From assembly GCA_964016885.1 (NCBI GenBank), contig OZ024750.1:27404001-27468000 (forward strand): a DNA stretch of 64,000 bases, written 5' to 3'. Source of the stretch: Eledone cirrhosa. Taxonomy: Eukaryota. This document shows, one piece after another, positions 47,524 through 61,675 of the stretch (positions within the stretch are counted from its first letter, which is position 1; the number at the start of each line of letters is the position of its first letter). The notes beneath the pieces are model-generated. The model searched no databases, was not told the DNA's origin, and saw nothing but the letters and a program-made list of their open reading frames with translations. A program made the position numbers and the translations under genes.

Positions 47524-47644
<121 letters not shown>

Positions 47645-47866
47645 GTATACATATATATATATATATATGTATATGTATACATATATGTATATATATGTAT
47701 ATGTATATATGTATATATATATGTATATATATATATGTATATATATATATTTGTATATATATTTACGTATGTATTTATATATATATATGTATATATGTAT
47801 GAATATAAATATATACATGTATATTTATATATATGTATAAATATATATATATGTATATATATATAC

Positions 47867-47979
<113 letters not shown>

Positions 47980-48598
47980 TATATATATGAATACATATAA
48001 ATATATATATGTATAGCTATATGCATATATATGTAATAATATATATATATGTGTGTGTGTGTATATATATATATATGAATAGTTGTGTTACGTTGTGATA
48101 CGTTGCTCTTTAACCTCAGGTTGGCTCTGATTGAGAAGAACGATATGATCAAAGACTTTCCAGCTATGATTAATCAAACATTTTCTCAAGCTTAGTGTAT
48201 ATAGGACTACATAACACATTGCGGTTTATCCTTTTGATCGAAAGTAGGGTGTGATCCAAGGGCGTTTTGCTGCTACTTTTAGCAGAAGGAGCAATCTCAT
48301 AGATGATCCTTTCGTTGATTCGATCCTGATTCTAAAGTCTAGAATTTTTAAGTGCCTTGTTCATACTTTATATTATTCTGTCCAATGATGCGATAAAACT
48401 TAACTATTGCATATTAGCTTTCTAAAATATTTCATTTTATTGACTTGTGGCTTGGTTTCTTTACAAAAATCGGTTTAATTTTATGGCTAAATGGTCTTCA
48501 TTTATTTTAAATGTAGCGGGGAGAGTGGTTTGTTGGGAAGATTTCTTTGAAACATTCTAGATTTGTTCATACTGAGCCGTGACATGCAGTGCATAAGG

Positions 48599-48662
<64 letters not shown>

Positions 48663-48851
48663 ACACACACACACCTCGCACGGGACCTCTCGCACAAGAA
48701 AAGAGAATCTTTCAGTTTATCCAAAGAAGTGCAGTATCCCCCACAACATAAGTTTTCTAGGTACGCTCATTAGATCAGGTCACTTTCCATTTATAAATTT
48801 TTATATTGTGCTCAAAACATAATTGGAAAAAAAAACGATGAAAAATTAAAT

Positions 48852-48923
48852 GGGCTCGTCCGGGATTCGAACCCGGGACCTCTCGCACCCAAAGCGAGAA
48901 TCATACCCCTAGACCAACGAGCC
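48852..48923 (-). tRNA. tRNA-Pro(TGG)
   Basis: GGCTCGTTGGTCTAGGGGTATGATTCTCGCTT-TGG-GTGCGAGAGGTCCCGGGTTCGAATCCCGGACGAGCCC; T-run downstream. Confidence 0.96.
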
Positions 48924-49344
48924 TCATATGCTAGTAGCTCCACTAATATTATATTGAATTTTGATATGTTAAAAGGGAATACACATTGTATCATTTGTAA
49001 TTTTAACATGTTGCTGATACCATTGAAAGTAAGAATCATTGTACTAAAACAATGTGTTTAGTATAGATAAACATAAAATGACATTCCGTTTAAAATAGTG
49101 GATTAAATCGAGAAAAACGAAAGAGCTGATTCTAAGTTTGATCCTGGGACCAACTCACACCCCAAAATAAGGTAGTTCAGCCTTTATACCCAAGACGCAG
49201 CTACAGAAAATTAAATACATCATTGGAAATATTATATAAATATGTAAGAAGAGATAAAATATGTATATTTGAACCAGCGGTATGTTTCTCTCATCGATTG
49301 ATAGATTTTATATTTGTTATAGAATTTGAAACAAGTAACAAGTT

Positions 49345-49415
49345 GGCTCGTTGGTCTAGTGGTATGATTCTCGCTTAGAGTGCGAGGGGTCCCGGGTTCA
49401 ATCCCGGGCGACCCC
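49345..49415 (+). pseudogene. tRNA-Pro(AGG)-derived gene with AGA anticodon, probable pseudogene
   Basis: Pro body; loop TT-AGA-GT; T-loop one base short; acceptor-stem mismatch. Confidence 0.75.
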
Positions 49416-49789
49416 TAATCTTTTTGTGGGATTCTAACTTTATCTACTTCTGCCCTGTCAGAATTCAGATGAAACATAAATTTAAATATATATGATTTTC
49501 AGTAATCTAATATTTTTCTTTCTGTCTCTGAAGATAATTATCATAACAATGTCTTATAAACAATTAGTATTTTGTGAAACATCTAAAGTCAATCGTTAAA
49601 TATTTCTGAGGAGGAAGGGCGTAACAGAATATATTTACATTGGTTTATGTTTTTATAGCACGACATCACATTGGAGTTTCGTATGAAAAATAATTCTACT
49701 GACATCGATCAGCATCATTGACGTATATTTCAACATGTTCTCCTTTAATATATTGTGTTTAAAAAGAAATGGGTAATAAAATGTCGAAT

Positions 49790-49857
49790 TTTCCGGAAAT
49801 TGAACTCGGGACATCTCGCACAAGAAAAGAGAATCTCTCAGCTAAGCCAAAGAGCCG
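49790..49857 (-). pseudogene. Decayed tRNA-Pro-like copy (paralogous remnants near 48680, 49122 and 50259)
   Basis: GAACTCGGGACATCTCGCACAAGAAAAGAGAATC..CCAAAGAGCC aligns to the intact genes. Confidence 0.6.
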
Positions 49858-49974
49858 CAGAATCCCCTTAACATAAGTTTTCTAGGTAAACTCATTAGAT
49901 CAGGTCCTTTTCAATTTATTTATTTTTATATTGTGATCAAAACATAATTGGAATAAAACAACTAAAGAGTAGGT

Positions 49975-50046
49975 GGGCTCGTCCGGGATTCGAACCCGGG
50001 ACCTCTCGCACCCAAAGCGAGAATCATACCCCTAGACCAACGAGCC
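49975..50046 (-). tRNA. tRNA-Pro(TGG)
   Basis: Identical to 48852-48923; lies in a 1123-bp-offset local duplication. Confidence 0.95.
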
Positions 50047-50560
50047 TCACATGCTAACCACTGACCAAATATTATATTTAATTTTGATATGTTAAAAGAG
50101 AATACACATTGAATCATTTGTAATTTTATCATGTTGCTGATATTGAAAGTGAGATTCATTTTACTAAAACAATGTGTTTATAAATAAGCAAAAAATGTAT
50201 AAATAAACAAAAAATGACATTCGGTTTAAAATAGTGGATTAAATCGAGAAAGACGAAAGAGCTGATTCCAGGTTTGATACTGGGACAAACTCACACCCCC
50301 AAGGAAGGTATTTAAGCCTTCTTAACATGGACCCAGCTAATGAACATTAAATACATCATTGGTAATTTGATATAACTATGTAACAAGAGATAAAATATTT
50401 ATATTTGAACCAGCAGTATGTTTCTCTTATTGATTGTGTGAGGTCTATGATATACTTATCTAATATCTATGATATATTTATCCAATCCAATCTCTTAATA
50501 TCATTATGGATTTTATGCTTCAAAATTGTCAATAATGATAAATATATAACATTAATTATT

Positions 50561-50750
50561 GGTGGATTGGCAGTATCGGTAGAGGGTCGGACGCCATGCT
50601 TTCCAGCATAGTTACGTCCCATTACGGTTTGAGTTCAAATCCCGCCGAGGTTAACTTTGCCTTTCATCCTTAAGGGTCGATAAAATAAAGTACCAGTAAT
50701 GTACTGATTAATTGATGGCCTTGTGCCAAAAGTGGAAACAATTAATTATT
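50561..50750 (+). mobile_element. SINE family S
   Basis: Head, core and tail present. Confidence 0.85.
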
Positions 50751-51236
50751 AAAGTTGTAGTTTTTCCTTGCTTATAGTAAAAATATGATTTTTTTCTTTA
50801 ACAGATAAAATATTTATATTTGGACCAGCACTATGTTTTATAACGTATATAATGACTATACCTGTCTCTCTATACACAAGACTTCATTTTCCAGTCTCCT
50901 TCTCAACAAGGAAAATGAAAAAATTTTACCTCAACACTTAATTTTGAATCTTTAATTTTTAGTTTTTAATTCTTAATAATTCTCTTCAATTGTAATACTC
51001 ATCATTTGATAAGATGAATTTTACTAATACATCGAAACCGGTTATACTTTATATACTTTATATACTTTATATACATTATAAAACTCTTTTTTAAAAGAAT
51101 TGTCCCTCTCATTTTTTCAATAACCTCACTTTGACGAATGAAAAAAAGAAAAAAAAAAAGAAAGAAAAAGAGATCCTTAAATATATTTTCCGTGCTATTT
51201 ACAATTTCACACCTTCTCTCGCTCTCTCGCCCCCCC

Positions 51237-51295
<59 letters not shown>

Positions 51296-51532
51296 ACGCT
51301 TCGGTCACGAATGACCTGGAAAGTTCCTTTCCGAGGCAGAAGTAGTAGTAGCAGCAGCCGCAGTAACATATGGTGGCAAGATGGGGGAAACGTTTCTTTT
51401 TTCTTCTTTTATTTCTTCCTCTCATTATTTGGCTTTTCAGAAATTATATAAACCTGATTACTCAGGCATGAAATTTATATAGAACAACAACAACAATAAC
51501 AGAATTAAATATAAAGACAGTGATGATGATGT

Positions 51533-51580
<48 letters not shown>

Positions 51581-51759
51581 GGATGATGATGAAGGTGATT
51601 GTGATGGTCGTGGTGGTTGTGGTGGTGGTGGTGCTGTAGATGTTGATGATGATGATGACGACCGACGATGACGATGGAGTTGGTTGTGTTGGAGTTGATG
51701 ACGATAATGTTGATGATGATGATGATGATGATCATGATGGTGTTTATGACGATGATGAT

Positions 51760-52206
51760 AGTTGTTTCTACACTTGGCACAAGGCCAGCAATTATTCCAG
51801 TGTATTACTGGTACTTTATTTTATCGACCCCGTAAAGATTAAAGGCAAAGTTAACCTTGGCAGGATTTAAACTCAGGCCGTAAAGGGCCGTAACTCTATG
51901 CTGCAAAGCATGGCGACCGACCCTCTAGCGATACTGCGAATCCACCGCCCTATTACGATGATGATAATAACAACAATAATAACAACAATAATGAGTTCTA
52001 GTATAGGCACAAGACCAGTAATTTGGGGAAGGGAAAAGTCGATTAAATCTACCCAGTACGTTACTGGTACTTTATTTTATCGACCCCGTAAGGATGAAAG
52101 GGAAAGTTAACCTCGGCAGGATTTGAACTCAGATCATAAAGAGCCGTAACTGTATGCTGCAAAGCATGGCGTCCGGCCCTCTACCGATACTGCCAATCCA
52201 CCGCCC
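51760..52206 (-). mobile_element. Two SINE S copies among (GAT)n/(AAT/AAC)n tracts
   Basis: Cores at ~51808 and ~52063. Confidence 0.85.
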
Positions 52207-52577
52207 TATGACGATGATGATAATAACAACAATAATAACAACAATAATAACAACAGTAATAACAACAATAATAACAACAGTAATAACAACAACAATAACA
52301 ACAGTCCACAGATTTCAGTGTTTGTGCAGGTGTGTTTCACTTTGTATCGGAGTCTCGCTTTAGTTTTCTTTCTCCATTTTTTTTATTTTCTCGTTTATAT
52401 TTTCTTGTTCTATAAGACGCCATGTTTTGTCGTATTTGACACTAACGTTATTTCTATGATTGCTTCGTTGAGGAATGTATTTCTTTCTATCTACTCACCT
52501 TATTATTATTATTACTACAACTGTCCCTGTCTTTTTCTATTGTACCCTATACGTAAGCTTTTGTGGCCAATAAAGAA

Positions 52578-52667
52578 ATAATTGTTTCTATTATTGGCAC
52601 AAGGCCAGCAATTACCCAGTACATTACTGGTACTTTATTATATCGACCCCGTAAGGATTATCGAGCC

Positions 52668-52709
<42 letters not shown>

Positions 52710-52945
52710 CAACATCAATGACTGAGATTCAAGGAATAACAACAGTAATAATAATAATAACAATAATAAGAATAATAATGGTTTCTTATATAGGAACAAG
52801 GCCAGCAATTTTGGGGAAGAGGAAAGTCGATTATAGCGACCCCAGTGCGTGACTGGTACTTTATTTTATCGACTCCGTAAGGATGAAAAGCAAAGTTAAC
52901 CTCGGCGGGATTTGAACTCAGACCATAAAGGGCCTTAATTCTATA
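52578..52945 (-). mobile_element. Two partial SINE S copies separated by (AAT)n
   Basis: Cores at ~52626 and ~52853. Confidence 0.8.
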
Positions 52946-54089
52946 TGTGAGTGGGCCTACTCTGACCATGCGCCTATAGGCTGGCTAATTTGAGGAGGAG
53001 AGGGGTGCTCTCTCCGGGTGCCCTAGAAGCGCAGGGTGGTTCATAGGGGATTTATTTTGTTATATTTATGCATAGTTTATTTTATATAATTTTTATATCT
53101 TCATTGTTAAATTAATCTTGCTATTATGAACCTTTACTCGAGCTTATTGTAAACCCCCACTGCCCGTGTCTTTGTAGTGTCCCCTACATATCAGCCCTTG
53201 TGACTAATAAATGAAATCATTTTTATTATTATTATTTGCTTTATTTATTGCTTAAAAATGAAATTATTTTTGAAAAAACACACACAACAGAATAGAATAA
53301 ATACTAGCGAGAAAAGGTGCGTCAAGTTGGAGAAATGGGAAAAGATAAATAAAAGACCAATCGGTGAGTCGAGATTATTCTAAACCCAATTTACTACTTT
53401 TATATATCCGTAAGGTTGGGGTTGGTAAGGGAGATTATTCTAAGCGACGTTTACACACCACCTCTATCTACACAACTGCCCTTGCCAACATTATACCCCA
53501 GACACCAAGAAACCCCACCAAAGACCCACTGCCCTATGTTATTATCACTCCTATCAGGAACAACACTATCATGACTTCAACCACTACCACCATAAAAACA
53601 ACAACAACAAAAACCACAATAGTAACAACAACAACAAAAAAAAACACACAACAACCCAGTAAATGCTTCTTACGAAGATTTAATCAAATGCTGTGTGCAC
53701 CTGGGTTGTTAAAAGACGAAATATCTGACCTAGGAAATATCTATTCCTTTCAAAAAAAAAAAAAAAAACTATTTCATGCTTCAAATTTATATTTTTGTTT
53801 ATCTATTTATGTATATATTTATTTATTAGTTTATTTGTTCTAATTACAATCTCCATTAATAGTAGTAGCAGTAGTAGTAATAGCAGCAGCAGTAGTAGTA
53901 GTAATAGTAGTAGTATTGGTAGTAGTAGTGGTAGTAGTAGTAGAAGCATTTTGTTTGTTTTTAAACCTGATCTTGGTCATATATAGTAAAACAAAAATGG
54001 GAGATTAAAAAGAGACTACGTTTTCAAAGGAAATATATGTGTGTGTGTATATATATATGTGTATATTGTATGTGTGTAAATATATATGC

Positions 54090-54143
<54 letters not shown>

Positions 54144-54769
54144 GTGTGTAAATATATATGCATGTATATATATATATATATATATAGTAGAAAATTCGAG
54201 TATCGAAAAATCGGCGCACGAGTTCACGATAAACAAAATTCGAGATGAGCGGCAGAGGGCTCCATAATTCAGATAAATCAGAGCTATAACTATCGTTAAA
54301 ATACCGTCACACGTAGAATATGTCTACAATCAACCATACGACCGAAAAAATGCGATATGGAAGATTCGGGACATTCAGATAAATTATCAATAAATCAATA
54401 AATCAAATGAATGTAAAAAGCATACCCGGACCCGCTAGAGAGATGGTAAATCTAGGTTCTTGGGTTTCTGTAAATCCTTAAACTGTCCTCTATCACCTCA
54501 CATAAAAATATAAGACTTCTAGACGCCAGCGGACTGGAGTTTACTTCTTCAACGAGCTTTAGTCCGAACGAATGAAAAGGCAAAAACCCAGGTTGAAAAT
54601 ACGCACATGGATTTCAGCAAGGGAGATAACCTTTATATCCGCAAAAAATATTCGGGAAAATGTGGAATAACACATATCGAATAAGAGTGCCCAATAGACA
54701 TGTTAAAATAAACAGGAGCTATTCATCATTTAATAGAATCGACAAAAGATGAACAATAAAATTAACTGG

Positions 54770-54838
<69 letters not shown>

Positions 54839-54840
54839 TA

Positions 54841-55037
54841 TAGGAACAAGTAGAACCCCGACGGCTGAGCTCAAGCCGTTTCGACGGCTAATTCTGGACA
54901 CGGAATTAGCCGTCGAAACGGCTTGAGCTCAGCCGTCGGTGTCCTACTTGTTCCTATTACCCACTCTACTACCCTAAGTATTGAATACTTTGGTGCGTTA
55001 TGGTCCATCTTGTTCCTTACCACATTTCCTTCGTTAT
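54841..55037. mobile_element. Family C short fold-back element
   Basis: Near-identical to 5321-5527; in (TA)n. Confidence 0.8.
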
Positions 55038-55649
55038 ATGAACATATATATATATATGCACGCACACACTCACACACATATTTTGAAAGAGAATAAGAGA
55101 TAGATATATGAACATGAATACATAGAAATACATACCATACAAAATAACGCTTTGTAACACAAATACGAACCCCAAAAGTTAATATAGTTATTTCGCTTAT
55201 CCAGGCATAACTAATCTAAAATAAGATTGGAAATATTTTGATAGAAAACTAGGAAATATTGCAGATATTGATAATATTGGTAATACTGATAATATTGTTA
55301 CGAAGAAAATATATCATTGAACTATGATAGTTGAGTTTTAGAAAACATTGTTAACGATGTTGTTTTGGGATTTGATCCACTCCTTACTTGATCAAAACAT
55401 ACTTGATCAAAACTACACACATACAACAATATATATATATATATATATATAATGTACCCCACGACAGCTTTCACGTGACAATTTTACATGCTAAAGTCAT
55501 CATTATACTCTAGTTCTTACTTAGATTGATGTTGTGATTGTTTTAACTATTTACTATCTAGCTAATTTATTTGAGTATTGTTATTATTGTTCTTATTTAA
55601 TGCCACTACTATATATAGAAGCCATGCCTGTGTATATCCTTCATTCTCG

Positions 55650-55762
55650 CATGCTCTGATGAATAGACTGGTTATAACAGAGTATTGGTGATTGATTCGC
55701 CCCAAAACAGGAGGGTAGCGATCTCTAGACCTACCAGTTCAGAGAAACAATTGTCAGCAATG
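55650..55762 (+). ncRNA. Type I hammerhead fold with extended stem II (family H)
   Basis: TGCT-CTGATGA..ACTGGT/ACCAGT..GAAA-CAATTG-TC-AGCA, then AATAAA; base of stem II imperfect. Confidence 0.6.
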
Positions 55763-56095
55763 TCAATAAAGCTCTGATTGTATAGCAAACCATTTCACTC
55801 TTCTTTCTTGATTTATTATTACTCCAAGTGTAAACTACATAGAAATCACCGCGTACTCGCAGCATCACTATGGAAAAGTCTTGTTGAATCAAACTTAGCC
55901 AAGCGTTATTACTATCCACTACTCGGAGTACCCTAACTGGATTACATCTAAGTGGAGAATACTGGTGGGTTGTAGCCGTAATAGTAGAGCACTCAGTCCA
56001 TGGGACGAGTTTGGTAGAAGTAGTTCCACAACAGTTAGTTCAACATACCGAGAACAAATGTTTCACCTTATGCGGATCTTCAGTTCGGTCTGAAT

Positions 56096-56206
<111 letters not shown>

Positions 56207-56220
56207 ACACCGACAAACAG

Positions 56221-56262
<42 letters not shown>

Positions 56263-56427
56263 ACACACACACACACAGAGACAGACAGACAGACACACAC
56301 ACACACATGCTTACGCACCTGTACAAGTTTAGCTCTTTTTACAAAACGGTTCTTTGTCTATTTCAGGTAGACGCCTGCCATCATCCACTTTTCTAAAAAA
56401 CAAATCATACACAAAACGCCAGCACCA

Positions 56428-56650
56428 ACAGTTTTGCAAGAGATGTCAACATGAATGGACCTGTTATTTTTATCTAAAGACATTTTTCCAATTCCGACCC
56501 GCAATCTATCTTATTTCTGATCCTTCCTTCTGATGAAGGACTAGCGTCCGAAACATTAAGACCCTCTTCCTGCTATATCAAGCTTTAACCTAATATATCC
56601 CTTCCATATACTGTACCGATTGTGTTGTTATTTCTGTTTACCTTTTACAT
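56428..56650 (+). mobile_element. Family E element with minimal hammerhead (56527-56560)
   Basis: CTT-CTGATGA-A-GGA/TCC-GAAA-CA-TT-AAG; homologue of 16405-16632. Confidence 0.7.
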
Positions 56651-56830
56651 ACATACATATATATATATGTATGTATATAAACATTTGTCGTACTGCCTCT
56701 CTGTTCTGTCCCTGTTCAATTTTTCATTATATATATATATATATATATGTAACAAAGGAATTGTGGTAAGGAACCAGATGGACCATAACGCACCAGAGTA
56801 CTCAATACTTAGGGTAGTAGAGTGGGAATT

Positions 56831-56910
<80 letters not shown>

Positions 56911-56985
56911 TATATTTGTATATATATATATATACATATATATATAGAGAGAGAGATAGATAGATAGATAGAGAGAGAGAGAGGG

Positions 56986-57042
<57 letters not shown>

Positions 57043-57147
57043 ATAATTGCAGCTTTTTTTAAAACTTTATTGCATATTACAATTGCTTCTATATCGATCA
57101 ACTCGAGTTTGATCAGGCGATCGGATCCCGACTTATATATAAGTAGT

Positions 57148-57385
57148 ACAGATTGAAGTTTAAGGAAAGAATTTCTGCTCTACCCTTCTACCCTATTACG
57201 AGATCTTCTGAAAGAAGTTTAAGATTCCGTAATAAAGTGAAAGCAGAGATTCTTTGCTTAAACTTTAATATGTTCCAATAATAAATATTTGCCCAACGTG
57301 TTCATACAAACTTTTTTATTATAAATATATACTATACTTATCGAACCCTCTTCGGATGTTGGTCATCGTAAGTATTATTATTATA
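57148..57385. mobile_element. Decayed family B fold-back element
   Basis: CAGATTGAAGTTTAAG.. inverted against GTGAAAGCAGAGATTCTTTGCTTAAACTTTAA, with B-type tail. Confidence 0.6.
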
Positions 57386-57400
57386 TATATATATACATAC

Positions 57401-57503
<103 letters not shown>

Positions 57504-58609
57504 TGTCTGTCTGTGTGTGTGTGTGTGTGTGTGTGTGCCTGTGTGACTATAATGTATGTGTAAATAACACTGAATGTAACACGAAAATAAAGAAAGTTTA
57601 TGTAAGGAAAAGCGGCAAACGATGTTGCAGGTCAAAAACTCTGAAGTAATTTATTTAACTTGTGATTTTAAAAAAAAGTGTGTCTTTACAAAACTAACAA
57701 TAAATTAGTAAATAAATGATTGAAATGGAAAAAAAGAAGGAAATGTAAACTTTTTGAAGCGGAAAATGAATTAGAAATGATTCTAGATGAAACGGTATAT
57801 AGAATCAAATGGCAAAATTAACTGTAGAATTTTCAGTGCAATAGCTTTGAGAATGTAATTGAAGGACGAAAAGAACGTAACCAACGTTTATATTTGTACT
57901 TAAGATCTTATTTGAATTCGCATCATTTTGATGGATGATTCGTGATGTCGACCCGATTGAAGTTTTTTTTTTTTTTTTTTTCACTTGACGTTTTGCAAAT
58001 TGTAGCTCATTTATTGTAAATATAAAGATTTTTTTTTATTAAAAGTATTTTTGTGTGTTTAGATAATATATCCGATGTAGATAAATTGTTATAAGCCTCA
58101 AAACACGAAATTTAATATTTCCGTTTTATTTGATTCTTTTCTGAAGTTATGAAGAATAAACCATTTAAATCTAAATTTGAAACTTAAACGCGGGAAAAGT
58201 GGAAATAGATTCCGAAATAATTGTTTGTGCAGCATATAAAGTAGGAGAAACTTCATATTTGGACAATAATACCTCTATTTACACGTATTTCTAACATGGG
58301 CCCAATGCTAATGTTTTGTGGGAGGTACAGTCGATAGGTGATTGATATCTGTTCCCCTGTTCCCAGAAGGTTGGAAGTTAAAATCGACCTCAACAGGATT
58401 TTAACATAGAACGTAGATGGCCGTAACTATATAACGGGTGGCATTTTGTCTAATAATGTATTTTTCCACAGTGATAGAGTTAAACAATAGTATATCAATG
58501 AGGTATATCTCCCTTGTTTTAATGTACTACAGCATCTGAGAACCAAACGTAGTTCCTAGCTAAAACCTGGCTAATAATTAGTGAAAATGAAGTGGTTCAA
58601 TGTTACACT

Positions 58610-58791
58610 AATAATTGTTTCTACTTTTGGCACAAGGCCAGCAATTACCCAGTGCATTACTGGTACTTTATTTTATCGACCCTGTAAGGATGAAAGGCAA
58701 AGTTAACTTCGGCGGGATTTGAAATCAGATCATAAAGGGCCATGACTCTATGCTGCAAAGCATGGCGTCCGACCTTCTACCGATACTGCCA
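58610..58791 (-). mobile_element. SINE family S
   Basis: Head, core and tail present. Confidence 0.85.
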
Positions 58792-58937
58792 AAATGAAGG
58801 ATATTTCTCTGTCTTATTTATTCTCTCGTTGTTACCCACACACAATCGCCGCCCATCACACTCACATATGTTATAAGGTAAAGTAATTAAATAGATTTTC
58901 TCCCCTTAACAGCATGTTTGGGAAGATTCTGTTTTAT

Positions 58938-59090
58938 ATAGTGTGTAACACAGTTAGCCCTTTGCCTTACACCTACAACCCACCTAACATAGAGTGTAAC
59001 ACAGTTAGCCCTTTGCCTTACATCTACAGCCCACCCGACATAAATATAGCACAGTTAGCCCTTTGCCTTACACCTACAGTCCACCCGACA
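58938..59090. repeat. Three ~50-bp tandem units (CACAGTTAGCCCTTTGCCTTACA..)
   Basis: Directly visible. Confidence 0.85.
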
Positions 59091-60216
59091 GTTTTTCACA
59101 TGATTAAATCAGACGAAAGAAGACAGTCTAAGTAGTATTCTGTAAACAAAATATTTGCAATGAAACAATACACGTTGGATGCTAACTTTAAAGTGTATTT
59201 ACCGAGATTCTTAGAGATAACAATGAAATCCAATACTAGCTATACTACTATCTCGTGATCAATGAGCTGAGAGGTTAATTTGTTATGCTGTCGGCCATGA
59301 TGACATTATGTATACAATATCACAGAAACTGTGTCAGATATTTTGTTATAATTGGCGATACTATGAGTTGTAGAATCTTGATGTTTATTTAACACATTTT
59401 GATATTTATTTTGATATTATTCATACATTGGCAAGAATAGTCAATTATATAATTCACTGCAGTAGAAGATGAAGAAACTCGATAGGAAGAAGTTATCTAT
59501 TACTGCTTGTCTATCTGTTCTGGTTAATCTAACTTGGCAACTATCTTTATAATATAGAAAGCAGACTATTTTTTTATGAAAAGGTTTGTAGAATTGATAT
59601 GAGCTATTGATTATTCATCGCTACATTAGTTCTGCATATATCTCATAGAAATAGGATAACCATCTTGAGAGACAGTGGAGTCTTCCGGAACCAGTAAAAT
59701 ATTTCAGTAGATGGAGGACAACGGGAATATAGTCTTGGCGTAAAACGTTTATATATCATCTAAGGTTTTCTATATAAATGTGATGTATATAGGATAACAT
59801 GGTATCGTTTAAGGTAATCCAGCTAGAGGTTATGAGTACTCCGCGTTGAGAATAATTTTAACACACGGCGTTGTTTGATTCAACAAGAAGTTTCCTTGGT
59901 CGTGTGGCCAGTTTAAGAAAGTTCCTAGGCAGGTGGTTCTTGGATTAATAATATTAAAAGAATGAAGAATAACATGGTCGGCTGTCAAAAAGGGTTTATT
60001 TACTGTATTAACAATTGTTTCATTAATCAGGTGAGTCTAAAAGCCACTGATCGTTAGAAATTACGTCACTCGACCTTAGTTACAGTGTGTTGTATATATA
60101 AAGTGTGATGTATATATATATTTCATTCTAAAAATCACTGAACGTGTATATATATTTAAATTTGAAACTGTTTATGCAATAAATAAACCGGCAGTAAGAT
60201 GATGTGTATGTCGAAA

Positions 60217-60271
<55 letters not shown>

Positions 60272-60953
60272 ATGAATGAATGAATTAATTAATAGTGATT
60301 TTTTAAATAAATAGAGAGAAAGTGACGTTCGATCGAGTATCCTCTCCCTTTGGGTCTCGTCCGAGAGGATGGAGAATACATTTCCCCGTGGGTCGGCGAG
60401 GAGGACCTGTGGAAAAGCTTCTGCCCTTAGCGAGGCTCGCACCTGTGAGAAGCCAACTCCGCTCCGACAGCAGTCAGTAGGGATGTGGTCCGTGGGCCAA
60501 GAACCCCGGAAGACACCACTGCTACAGGCTCTACCACAAATCTATCAGAGAGCAATATGTTCTGACGTTATATGTATTTGTCCTTGAGGTATATATATGT
60601 GTGTGTTTAATGTATTTGAGTTAATGTTAATACATGTATATTTATGAGTATTTATGAACATATATGTGTGTATATTTAGAAGCATATTTCTATGTGTGAG
60701 TATGAGTGTGGGCGTTAGTGCGTGTGTATGTATTTATGTTATGTTTGAATATGTACATATGTGGATGTCTATTTTGTATCAAAATACAGTAAAACAGAGG
60801 TGAGTATAATATACACGAGGTGGGAACCTTGTGTATAATAAGGGCTGCATTAAAGGAAGTTTTATAAGATATACAGGAAAATCAGTTTACATTCATTGCG
60901 AGAATATATAATCATATATATTAAAAAAAAGGTAAGCTGTCCTTTTAATGACT

Positions 60954-61035
<82 letters not shown>

Positions 61036-61076
61036 CGAAACATAAGTCAATTACATGAACTCATAATCCTTTATTT

Positions 61077-61132
61077 ACTGCTATATATATTTCGATGATA
61101 GCCATTGAATGGCTATGACCTCATCAGGCAGT
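61077..61132 (-). ncRNA. Type I hammerhead ribozyme (family J; element ~61031-61195 in (TA)n)
   Basis: ACTGC-CTGATGA-..ATAGCCATT/AATGGCTAT..-GAAA-TATATA-TA-GCAGT, then AATAAA. Confidence 0.78.
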
Positions 61133-61191
61133 TAGTCAGTTCTTAGATATGCCAGCTCTGTGTTTATAGTGTTGATGGTGTCAGAGCCTTG

Positions 61192-61242
<51 letters not shown>

Positions 61243-61246
<4 letters not shown>

Positions 61247-61636
61247 AAAGTTTTATTTAAAATTGTTGGGTTACAACAAGTAAATATTTTATAACTGATA
61301 TAAAGCACTCGACAAGTTTTGGAGTAAATATACGATATTAAACAAATGGAAACTATATTTATAAAACCATATTTATTTCATTATACATATTTCGGGGATA
61401 CCATATTAAAAATATGGCATGCCTTCTTCAGATAAAATACAATATATAAACAGTTTTATAAATAATTTTATAACGGTTGCTCAATATTTATGGTACGTCA
61501 AAATTATTTATAAAACTGTTTATATATTGTATTTTATCTGAAGAAGGCATGCCATATTTTTAATATGGTATCCCCGAAATATGTATAATGAAATAAATAT
61601 GGTTTTATAAATATAGTTTCCATTTGTTTAATATCG

Positions 61637-61640
<4 letters not shown>
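61243..61640. mobile_element. Family A fold-back mini-element, two hammerheads (61374-61439 -, 61530-61595 +)
   Basis: Near-perfect inverted arms; tail on the left arm only; in (TA)n. Confidence 0.85.

Positions 61641-61671
<31 letters not shown>

Positions 61672-61675
<4 letters not shown>

Noticed and set aside
59230-59760. Possible Helitron Rep fragment (TVSQDGYP on the minus strand)
   Set aside because: Single short motif with no supporting flanking similarity
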